Assembly: GCA_051294375.1 (NCBI GenBank)
Contig: CM119264.1
Coordinates: forward strand, 10,186,175-10,250,174
Reading direction: 5' to 3'
Length of the DNA: 64,000 nt
Source: Paraspadella gotoi
Lineage: Eukaryota > Animalia > Chaetognatha
Shown here one piece after another: positions 53,822-64,000 of this stretch. Under the pieces are notes generated by a model, which ran no database searches, was not told the DNA's origin, and saw only the letters and a list, made by a program, of their open reading frames with translations. Numbering within the stretch: position 1 is the stretch's first letter; every line of letters begins with the position of its first letter. The translations under genes and the position numbers were made by a program.

Positions 53822-54093
53822 CTCTCTTCTCTCTCTCTCTTTCTCTCGCTCCAGAAAGAAAAAAGACGCTAAGATTCGGAGGCCGAGGATCATCGTGATA
53901 GATGGCGTTGCAGCGTGGCAACTCGTTCGAATCCGTTCGAGCGGCAACAAAAGAGCAATTCGATGAGAGCCTAGAAAAAATAAATGGCTACTCAATGAGA
54001 CGGAAGAAGAGCGAAAAAATTAAGAGCTGCGTGAGGAGAGAGAGTAAAAGGGTTAGGATTGAGTAAGGTAAACATGGATGAAAGAACAAGTTT

Positions 54094-54199
<106 letters not shown>

Positions 54200-54284
54200 T
54201 GGTTTTTCGACGTTAAAATGACCAGTTTTTAAAAGGGTTAGGATAGAGTAAGGTGAACATGGATGAAAGAACAAGTTTAGCGAG

Positions 54285-54655
54285 CTTTAGTGTCATAAGT
54301 AAAAATACTTCAAGTAAATATGACTTTTGTTTTTTCTATTTTAGCTCATTTCCACTCAGAGGATTCCATCGAAACTTTATATCCATCTCAATCACACAGT
54401 TTCCTACCCACACACAAAATTTCATTCCAATCCATCCATCCAATCACGGGTAATTGGAGTTTTTTGCTAAGGGAGGGACGGACGGACGGACGGACGGACG
54501 GACAGACATCATTTTTTTTTTTTTGCATAATTTATCATAATTCGAGGTTCTGATATGATAATAATGATTTACCGACAATATTTTGGAGTGGGACCGACGG
54601 ACCGACAGAGTGAATTATAGAGTCGGAATCTGCTGATAAGCAGAACCGACTAAAA
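54285..54655. mobile_element. Helentron/DINE-1-like non-autonomous element
   Basis: CAAAATTTCATTCCAATCC core, (GGAC)n tract 54476-54504, terminal hairpin AGTCGG-AA-TCTGCT..AGCAGA-A-CCGACT (54621-54651) plus A run. Interrupts the second copy of a local direct repeat. Confidence 0.6.
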
Positions 54656-55116
54656 ATCCTGGTTCTTCGATGTCAAGAAGACCAGTTTTTAGCATTATGC
54701 ATTTACGAAATATTTCTGACGTTTTTACTTTTCGAACCTATAAATTTAATATTCGCACGAAACATCAATAAGCGTGGTTAGCCAATGAGGATCGTACTTT
54801 AGTCAAAACTTTGAATTAGATCAAAAGCCAACGAGAATTGCTGAGTCATAACAATACGCCTGTCTTCCCAGTTCCCTCTGCCGAGCTGTCCTGATGACGC
54901 TGCCCCGAATCGCCGCTGCCGCGTCGTCCTGTTACTCCGGCGGTGTCGTGGTTTCCCGCGAGCTGTTTTTTCTCACTTCTGAGAAATGTATCCTTTTTAT
55001 ATTTTCTTAGTGAGTTTTTTTTTTTTATAGTGGAGGAAATCTTTTCGTCATTTCTGAGAAATCGAAAGAAACTCGACGTCGAACGAATTCGTACCGTTCG
55101 CGCTCGTCAAACCAAC

Positions 55117-55484
55117 ATGGCGGAACAACAAATCCTATCGTTTTGGGCAGCGGAAAAGGATTCCACGGGTGACTTGTATTTTGTCGTCCACGCCGACGAC
55201 GCCGCCGCTAACGACGCCGCTCGCCAGCGGATTCGATGCCACTGGTTCGTGGCGGCGCCGCACTCGCCGCTTCTCGCCGCCAAACGACCCGACCCTCGTT
55301 CGGCCCAGCTCCGAGAGCCGTTAACGGTGGTGGTGGCCGGCGTGGCGCCGAGAGATCTCCAGCGGCTCGTCGAATACTTCTATGGACGCCCGCTGCCGCC
55401 CGACTTGGATTTGGACGGGCTGCTGGCGCTGAAGAAGATTGCGGAGAAACTGGAGGTGACGACGCTGGAGGAAGCTTGTCGCAG
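55117..55484 (+). CDS. Exon 1: BTB/POZ domain
   Basis: GDLYFVV...RIRCHWFVAAPHSPLL...VAPRDLQRLVEYFYG...LLALKKIAEKLEVTTLEEAC; donor AG|GTGAGC. Confidence 0.92.
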
Positions 55485-56289
55485 GTGAGCATAAATTTCT
55501 CTATGTTTTTTCTTTCACTATTTTTTTTAGCTCAATTTTCCTCTCAAGCGAATTCTAATTATTAACCACTTGCCTACATTTATGGATTTAATACTTATTT
55601 TCGGAGTTAAATAAGAATCGGATCGAATGAAATGTAGTATTTAAAATTATTTTTAATACTATAAAGTATCAGATGATCATTTTTTTTTCTCACTATTCCT
55701 TCAGTTGGTTCCGTCGCAACACGCGCGTGGAATGGGTTTGGGAAGCCCTAGGCGAAGCCATTCGTTCAAGAGACGTTCAGATGGAGCAGCGCTACTTGGA
55801 GGTGGTCCGCACCGTCCCCGCCGTCTTCCAGATCGAGGGCCGCCGCTTCGAGAGTCTCCCCTTCGAAGCGGTCCTCAAGGTGGTGCAGCTCGACGCCCTC
55901 TCCGTCGCCGAGGAGCAGCTCTTCCGTTTCGTCAAGACTTTCCTCGAGTCGAAAAGCAACGAAGAATTTGAGAGAAATCAGATCCTACGCCATCTTCGAT
56001 TCCCCGCGATGGCGTCGACCTTTTTCTACACAGACGTCGTCACTTCCGGGGTCTTGTCCCTCGAAGAGTCCCGAAGTCTCAGCCGACACTTCGACGCCGG
56101 TGACTCCTCCAAGTTATCGGTCAAGAAGCGCGATTTGCCAAGTTTCGCCGTCGTTGTCGGCAAGGACTGTCGGCCTATGACTGTCGGGTATTTCAAGAAC
56201 GACAAGATTCACAACCTCAAATATAGAATTAGAAGTTTAACGCCGCTGGAGGAATTTGTGGTGCAGGTTCGTGTTTTAACTAGACCTTA

Positions 56290-56351
<62 letters not shown>

Positions 56352-57900
56352 TTTTCTCTCTCTTTCTCTCTCTTTCTCTCTCGATTAAAAAAAAAAATCA
56401 ATCTAGAAAAACACAGTAAAAATAAACGAAATTAAAACTGTTTAGAATTCAGACGGCAAAGCTCTAACAAACGACAAGTCTTGCGCGGATGTATTGAAGA
56501 CCGGTTCCGTGCTGAAAATCGTCAAGATGATCCAACTTCAATTTGAACCACTCCGAGGCCAGACCACAAAGTTCAGCGTCAAAGAAGACGAGCCATTTTC
56601 CGAGATACGCAAACGCTTACCTCTTGAAAAGGGAGAGACCAAACCTCTCATCATCAAAAGTTCTCGGGAGGTTTTGTCGCCGAAAACGACCCCGGAGACG
56701 GCCGGATTGTCTTCCGGCGACGTGGTCACTTTATTGATCTCGCAGTCAGAGATATCCGATGCTTCTCGACCCGCTTCCAGCCAATCCCGTCGTTCGAACG
56801 AATCGGCTCGCCCCGCTTCAAGTCAGTCCAACGTATCCTCCAATTCGGCGCGCGTTTCTCTCCGACAGTCACCAGCTTTGCTAGACGCGTCCGGACCGTC
56901 TTCCAACCCCACCCTAAATTTGGCGCTTCCTTCTCCAAATCCTTCGCTTCCTTCGTCGCTTCCTTCCATCGACTCCACCGATCCCGCCATCGTCCTCGTC
57001 GTTCCGCACGACGATTCGGAAATTTTCTTGTCCGACGATGAAAGCGGAGGGAGAGGCGCTGGCGAGAGCGTGGAGGGTTGGTCGGAGCAGGATTGGAAGA
57101 AGATCTTGCCGGAAAAGAATAATATGGGCGAAGGCGAAGTAAATGATGGAAAATCTCAGTCAGATTGGGATACAACCAACCCAACGACCGACCATGTCGA
57201 TGTAAAAAGTATTAACCCCGAGTTAAAGGATGACTGGAATTCTTCGTCGCAAAACTTGGCCGAATGGGGTGACGAATCTTCTTTAAATCAATCGCAAGAC
57301 TGGGACGATTACAATCCAGTTGATCTGTCCGAGCAAGGTTGGGATAACTTCGTACCCCCGCCTCATAGTGGTGAAACCGTGAAAGCTTTACAAGATTGGG
57401 ATGATTTCCCCCCCGCAACTCACCGCAACAAGAAGAAATTAGGACAAGGGTGGGATGACTTTTCCTCGGAATCGTCGAGTGTCGGAGATTTTGGAAAATT
57501 TAAAGGAGGGAAAGACGTTATCACTTCCTCTGCTCGCAAAGATAAAGACGTCAAAGATAAAGGCGACTTACTTGCCAAAATTAACGACGTACCAAAAAAA
57601 TCTTTCGCCGAGTGCGCGGCGTCGAAACCCAAAACCCCTGCAGTTCCCGCCAAGCCAACTGCCCCAGCGGCGCAGCCGAAGACGACTAAAAAGAATCGCT
57701 CGAGGGCCGCCAGCAAAACTCGGGAGCCGCCCAAGCAACACCCTCTGTACAAGACCCAGCTGTGCCACTTCTACTTGTACCAAACCTGTCCGGACGGACC
57801 CCGGTGTCAGTTCGCGCATGGAAAGGAAGAGTTGCGGGTCTTTAAAAAAGGACTGTCTCAATCCTTAAATAATTTAGCCTTTAGCCCCACAAAAAAGTAA
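55117..57900 (+). CDS. 794-aa BTB/POZ-BACK protein with two ubiquitin-like domains, acidic Trp repeats and a C-terminal CCCH zinc finger
   Basis: Exons 55117-55484, 55705-56266, 56446-57900 (phases 2, 0; total 2385 nt = 795 codons); CAACATGG start context. Confidence 0.88.
55705..56266 (+). CDS. Exon 2: BACK domain and first half of ubiquitin-like domain 1
   Basis: FESLPFEAVLKVVQLDALSVAEEQLFRFV...ILRHLRFPAM...VVTSGVLSLEE; acceptor ccttcag|, donor CAG|GTTCGT. Confidence 0.92.
56446..57900 (+). CDS. Exon 3: ubiquitin-like domains, Ser-rich and acidic Trp-repeat region, CCCH finger
   Basis: Acceptor gtttag| in phase 0 with ORF 56494; HPLYKTQLCHFYLYQTCPDGPRCQFAHGKEELR (C-x7-C-x5-C-x3-H). Confidence 0.9.
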   Translation, partial: NSDGKALTNDKSCADVLKTGSVLKIVKMIQLQFEPLRGQTTKFSVKEDEPFSEIRKRLPLEKGETKPLIIKSSREVLSPKTTPETAGLSSGDVVTLLISQSEISDASRPASSQSRRSNESARPASSQSNVSSNSARVSLRQSPALLDASGPSSNPTLNLALPSPNPSLPSSLPSIDSTDPAIVLVVPHDDSEIFLSDDESGGRGAGESVEGWSEQDWKKILPEKNNMGEGEVNDGKSQSDWDTTNPTTDHVDVKSINPELKDDWNSSSQNLAEWGDESSLNQSQDWDDYNPVDLSEQGWDNFVPPPHSGETVKALQDWDDFPPATHRNKKKLGQGWDDFSSESSSVGDFGKFKGGKDVITSSARKDKDVKDKGDLLAKINDVPKKSFAECAASKPKTPAVPAKPTAPAAQPKTTKKNRSRAASKTREPPKQHPLYKTQLCHFYLYQTCPDGPRCQFAHGKEELRVFKKGLSQSLNNLAFSPTKK

Positions 57901-60900
57901 GATCTCCAAGTTTTTTTATTTTTTATTTCTGTAACTTGCCCCGTGATTGCTTAGATTCTCAACTTTTTTTTATTTGGTGTGAATCGGTAAAGTATTCACT
58001 TTTCATTATTTACATAATTCATTCTTGATGCGATTCTAAAAAAATGTTTTGTGCCTCAATACAACGATAACAATGTTGGTGATTACTTTTAAAAGTTACT
58101 ATATTACAATTTCATATTTTCGAGAATGCATGTAATACTTTTTATTATTAATAATTATTTTCTCCCAAATGCCATTCTTTCGATGCATAGCCAGTTCTAA
58201 AAACTAATCGATTTGCAACATAGTGGCTCGCGAGTTATGAATTCTCTCCACCTGAAGACTGTATAGTGTATACAAATGAAAGCGAAAGCCGAATGATTAG
58301 CTTCGCTTGACATTTAGATAGTTAATACGGATCGACTATCGGAGCCAAGACGCACTCTCCAGAAAAAAAGAATCGAATTACGCAGCGCGACGACGTAGTT
58401 TCTATTAGTATTTTTTTGTCTTTGGGAAAGATACGTTTGGACGTAATAATGTGGAAAGATGCGAGATTGTAGCCGACTTCTCTCTCCTTATTTGAACGCT
58501 GTAGACAAAATGGGAAAATGTGAATGGAAAATCTAATTAGCGATGCGATGTAGTCAACGGCGTTTCCCTTTTGACCCGGCGTTCTTCGTCCCCGATTCGA
58601 AGCGTTTTATGGACGGATGTGATTGAAGCATGGACGTGATGGTGAAGAACGAATCGACTTTTCTTTCCTCGAATTTTTTTTTTTTTTTCGATCTCACGTC
58701 TTCTTTCGTCCTTTCCTTTCTTTTTTTCACGCGACTCCTTTCTTTTCCTTTACCCCCTATTCTTTTCCGGCGCCTCTCTTTTCTCAACCCCGCTTTTCCT
58801 TTTTTTTTAAACAACTCATCTCACGTCTGTTTAAAACCTCTTTTCTCCATTTTTAATTTTAGGGTTTTTTTTTCGTTTATTATTATTTTTTAATTCTTTT
58901 CCCCAAATTTTCTTTTTAGACTTTATTCAGGAGCTTTAATTTTCTGAATCTCTTCTAATTCCTTTCAATGACTTCTTCTAGTTATATGTTCCTTTTCCCC
59001 CCCCTCTCCCTTTTCAATCTTTCCTCGTGATTTTTCCTCTCCTCTTTCCTCTTTCCTCCTTTTTTTTTATCTCTTCGTCCTCCTTTTCCTCCCCTTTTTT
59101 TTTTCTCCAAAGACGCGACTCTTAATCTTCTCGTGTCATCGGTCAGCGTCTTTCAGTCTGCCTGTCGTTAACGGTTCCTCTTCTCGGGATCAGTCACCCG
59201 AATCACCCCTCGGTCACCGAAATCGCCCTTTTGCGACCGCAATCACCTGCCACTGACCGGTGAGCCATTCATTAGTCCCGCGGCTCTCGCAATCACTGAC
59301 CGTGATCTCCAGGCGCGAACTATTAATTAACCCATCGTTAGTCGTGAAGAAGCTCTCACACCATTGCTTGTCCCAGGGGCAAAGCCTATGCGAAACTCCG
59401 TAAGAAAATAATCTATTAATGATTTAATTCTAAGATTCTTAATAGGTTGTCGAGGCTCCCTTCTTCCAAGCAGTACTACGATTCTATATTCTTCTGCGTT
59501 TATGAACCGAAACCTAATTAAGTCGTCGTCGTCGTTTATGACGCAGCGGGGTCTTTGTTTTGAGTCGTACCGACCATTATGATCATATTTACGACAATAT
59601 TAATAATGCGATATGTTCGCTGATACTCTGCTGAGAAAAAGCTTCAATGGTGCACGTTTCGTGTGCTGTCGGATTGTTCTCGTCGCTTCTGTCGTCGATG
59701 ACATAATCTGTATGTACGTACTGTATATATTTCTTTCACTCTGGTCCTGCAATCTTTTCAGTTTCCCCCCCCCCCAGCCCATTGCCCGATAATTTTTTTC
59801 GTTGTCCGCCTTCTCTTCCTCCGACGTCGAAGATCACGAAATCTGAGAAGACATAAATGCAGAAACGTCTTGATCGCCTTAATCGATCAACTCGTTCACC
59901 CGATCACCTCGCATTCTCTGGGATCGCTTTTATATCGCCTTGCCAGTGAGGAAATGTTCGTTCGTTTGCGGTAAACGTTGAATTCTTTTATGTTAAACTT
60001 TAAGTGTAATATTTAGCTTTATATGTAATTTTTTTTTTAAATCATAGTATTCTGTTTCCTTCTTTAGTTTATGCTTTTTTATTTTTTATCATTTTTCTTT
60101 AAATTAATACTTCAATCGTGTAATTTATTTATCAACGAATTATGTATTTTACGGTGCGAATCAACCGAGCGTAACACCGCACGGTCCGAGAATATTTTTT
60201 TTTTAAATTTAAGAACTTAGTTAATGAAATAACAAACAAATTAACTATACTTTTTAGTCCATTGTAGTAGAAATTGTAGTAAAATAGTTTTTATTTGAAA
60301 ACGTAAAATTTGCCAATTCTTCGCTCTTGACTCGGCTGCTTTTCTGCTTTTCTTCGTTAACCTTTCGACGAAATCAAAGATCTGCCGGGTCGATGAACGA
60401 GGTTCTCTTTTTCTCCAGAGAATTATCCTGGCATTCGATTTGGCGCGAGAATTTCTCTCAAGAACGTCGAAGACTCGAGTTCGTTTCGGTTGTCGTCGTC
60501 ATTGCATGGCCGGGTAGAAAATTTTTTTTTTTTGCTCTTTCAATTGAGTCTTAATTTTAATCAAGTGCCGCTTCTTATAAGTTCAATAAGATCATTCAAT
60601 TTTTTTGTCGACCTGGCTCTTTGATACTGAATCACAAATCGTCAGAAAAACGTTCTATCACTATCAGTGTCATGATTATGCAAGTAACTTGTTTTTATTA
60701 TTGATTTATCATTAATTTTTTTTATAGTATTAAACTTTTTCAGTTTCAATCGCCAGACATCTGAAACCCGACGCCAGAATCTTCTCATTTCCCTCAGTCC
60801 ACGTTTTCCAGTATCTGTTAGCCTCACCCATGAAAACGTTCCGTCAGATTTTAAAGGAGATTTTTATTTTATTTTTGCCATAAAAGGGATTCAAGCCTCC

Positions 60901-62613
60901 TTAGTCCTTATCCTCTTGACGCCGCCCTGCATACGCTTGTACACTTTTTTTTTATTTCGTTTTTCGTCGCTCGGAATGTCGTTGTCGTTCGGTAGCGTCA
61001 TCATTTTTAACTGCGAGCCTGGCGGTACTAGGCGCTGCAAGGCGGTGCAGAGCGGCACCTGACGTCATGATTGAAATTCATACTCTCTTTCACTTGTAGC
61101 GGGGAGCCGCGTCTCCCATGGAGCGGGACCGCATTTAAATTTCAGTGATTACGCCAGGCACGCGTTTGCGTCTCCGTCTCTCTCTCTGTTCAATATTATT
61201 ATATTTCTTTTTATTTTTTGAAAAACGTTATAGTTTCATATGCTGATATCCAAAATATCAATGCAAAATCTTTTTTTGTTTTTTTGATATGACTGAATAT
61301 AGGGTGAAAGATGATAAATTTTTTTAAAAAGTTACTTATTCATATTTATTCATAGAATTGTAATAGGAAAAAATAAAAAAAATAATAGTACTAATAGTTA
61401 GTGTTATGTCTCAAATAGATGGAAAAAAAACCTCATTTAAAAATTCGATCGGGAAGTGGGGTAACTAAGGCTTACCAATGGCATCCTCCACGCCGATTGT
61501 TCTCTCAAATAATTTTTTTAATTTAATACATTTGAAAGGGAAAAAAAGAAAATTTGGAATGCAGGTTGCAGAAAGGGTACAGATAATTGGACTTATTGAC
61601 ATGATAACCATGACTTTTAATATCTTGTGAAATGGGGGCAGTAAAGAAATCTAAAAAATTTCATCATTAAGTCAGTCAATGAACCCTTTCCATTGGGCTA
61701 TTACGAGAAATATTTTTTCTTAATTAAAATGGATGATAAATAATAAAATTAAATTCCTTGCTATATTTAAAAAAAAATTATCAATACAAATTAACACAAT
61801 GATGTTTTGCTTTGTAAAATATGTTACCAGCTATATAATTTTTTACAACTTTAATATGATAAACAAGCAGTGTGTCAAGCTTTTAGTTTGCAGTTAAAGA
61901 TAATGAAAAATGACGATTTTTTTTTTACAGACAAGAAGGTAGATGTCCAGACTGTTTATATCAAGCTGAAAACATTTTTGTATTTATCATTTTAATATTT
62001 AAAATACATTTTATCAAGCTACAACATAAATTTTTGCTTGTTTTTTACTTTAACTGAAAAATATAAGCAATTTTATAGAATAAAAAAAATTTAATAATAA
62101 ACAAAATGTAATTCAGTCTTTCCTTTTTCAAATGACAAAAGAAAAAGAAAAAATTTCATATGCCTTCATTGAAATTTTTAAAGCAAAAAACTGTTATACT
62201 TTTAACTCTGATTTAAACAAAAGCTGTGTAAAGATTTATAGATTTAATTTAATAAAACTCTTTTAGAAAGGTGTCCCATGATTAGGGCTTTAATTTGATA
62301 CCACATCCACCTTGCTACCTCTTTTCTTTCAAAAGTTATTTAAAAAAAATAACATTTTTAAAATTATGCAGTACAAATCTTTGTTAAATAAAAATTTCGG
62401 CAAAGCGGGAGCATCTCACTTATTTCTGTTGGTACAATACTTAAATTTCAAAATAAAACTTGAAAAAATTTTTTTGTCATTTAGAGACATATCACTTTCA
62501 GATATACCCATCGTATAATAATTTATTTATTTATTTCCCCCAAAAAAGCCTAATTAGAAAAGTTGAAATTTTTTTAAATTGTTGGGAAAAAAATTTTATC
62601 CGACCTATGCTCA

Positions 62614-62752
62614 TTGAGAATAATGGTTTTGCATAGAAAATTAAAATATCAAAAAAATAAAAAAATCAGCCTCTAGAAAAATTGAAAGGCTAGAGGCTGA
62701 TTTTTTTAGAATTGCAAAATTTTTTTCCTGACTCATAATCCATTATTCTCAA
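62614..62752. repeat. Nested inverted repeat (foldback or MITE centre)
   Basis: Perfect 18-bp arms 62659-62676/62690-62707 and perfect 13-bp arms 62614-62626/62740-62752 around the same axis. Confidence 0.75.
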
Positions 62753-64000
62753 GTTTCAAAATATTTTTTTCCAAAATCATTCAATCAATTTTTTTTTATT
62801 AATTTAAAATGTTTTTATGATGTTGTTTTTGTTTGAAAGAATTGAAAAAAAAGTGAAAAATATAGTAATTATATAAGGTTTTTGAAAATACCTTAAAAAT
62901 ATTAAATAATTAGACACAAGGGGAGTAAGCAGAAAAACTTCCCATTCATAAGAAAATTGAAATGAATTTGTCATATTGTTATTTAGATTAATTGACTAAT
63001 TACAAACATATGATTCATATAAATTGAGGAAATGATGGGTAAAAAAATATTCATCTTGGTCTCGGTTAACTATTAGGTTATCGTTAAAGTTTTTGTTTTA
63101 TTAATATTAATATTTTTTTGCATTTATAAAAGCAATGGTCTAAAATTTTGTAAGCGTTTCGAGCTATATTGCTTCATCTTTTTTACTATTTTTGATCTAG
63201 TGAGCTTTTTTGTTGATGGTCAAGGGTTATCGTCAGATACAGATATGTCCAGTAGTGTATATCGCACATATTACCAAAGTAGTGATCAATTAATTTGGTT
63301 CAGAAACGATTTTAAAGGGACAAAATCAGCACGAAGAACCGTTTCGCCACATTATTTTTCATTGTGTCGTACTTAGAACCGGATGGATGTTAATGTATCG
63401 GATTTAAAAAAAATTGTTTGTTCTTTAATTTCATTTTACTGTTTACAGAATGTTTAGTATTTTCAACTTTCTTATAAACTAGATTAAAAAGCTCCATCGA
63501 TCTCATTCTACTCATAATTTTAACTCATCCGTTACTCGACCTAAGCTCAACCACGCTTCAAATCTTGCTAACTCTGAATACTCTTCCTGACGGTAAACTT
63601 ACCTTTAAAGTCAATCTAATATTCATACCGTTTCTCAGCCAAAACCGTTTTAACAGAAAATATATAAATGAAAATATGATTAGTAAAAAATAACAATCAA
63701 TAAATATTTTAAAAAATTAACTTGAATATTACTAAAAAAAATCAAAATCTTTAACAGGCTTTTCCTTTTTATTAGGTTTTTATACCCACAGTTAATACAA
63801 ATTAAACAGTTCACCGATTTGGCTTAGAACGTGAATTAACATTAAATACATGAGCCATGTGTCTTTTGTTTTACTTTCAACGCCCAAGACGGAAACAAAC
63901 CTAACCCGTTCCCTAGCGGACAAAAGCATTTATGTTACGAACAAAAGATTCAGCCAAACGGATAAATTGATGTTTCTGATTTTTTCCAATTCTTGGAGAT

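Noticed and set aside
54891-54925. CTGATGA hammerhead-like core
   Set aside because: No stem II and no GAAA at the required position.
59150-59310. Cluster of TCAC(C/T)/TGAC motifs in a GC-rich island
   Set aside because: Motifs are too short and irregularly spaced to support a regulatory or repeat call.
60642-61003. Minus-strand basic peptide resembling a hAT transposase N-terminus
   Set aside because: Interrupted by stops, no diagnostic motif, no TIR or TSD identified.

Overview
Eukaryotic invertebrate genomic DNA (AT-rich, saturated with (AG)n and (GAC)n microsatellites, 10 N-gaps). Most ORF-track entries are microsatellite artefacts. Reading splice sites and codon phases by hand gives three + strand multi-exon genes. 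(1) A ~40 kb type-I membrane immunoglobulin-superfamily gene (ATG 5934 to ~46366): late signal peptide, ~420 aa disordered Arg-rich/acidic region, four Ig domains of nephrin/Kirre/Sidestep/CADM style, TM helix, repeat-bearing tail. (2) An Msxlx-type NKL homeobox gene (48760-51243). (3) A 794-aa protein with an architecture I do not recognise: BTB-BACK, two ubiquitin-like domains, acidic Trp (WDDF-like) repeats and one TIS11-type CCCH zinc finger (55117-57900). Mobile DNA includes an internally deleted Tc1 element with perfect TIRs, a second Tc1 relic, a Penelope-like remnant with inverted arms carrying a minimal hammerhead ribozyme, a possible piggyBac relic nested in it, and Helentron/DINE-like elements. 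A 6.2 kb tandem duplication (17190-29836) is most likely a long-read gap-filling artefact. All domain calls are by eye; no database searches were run.
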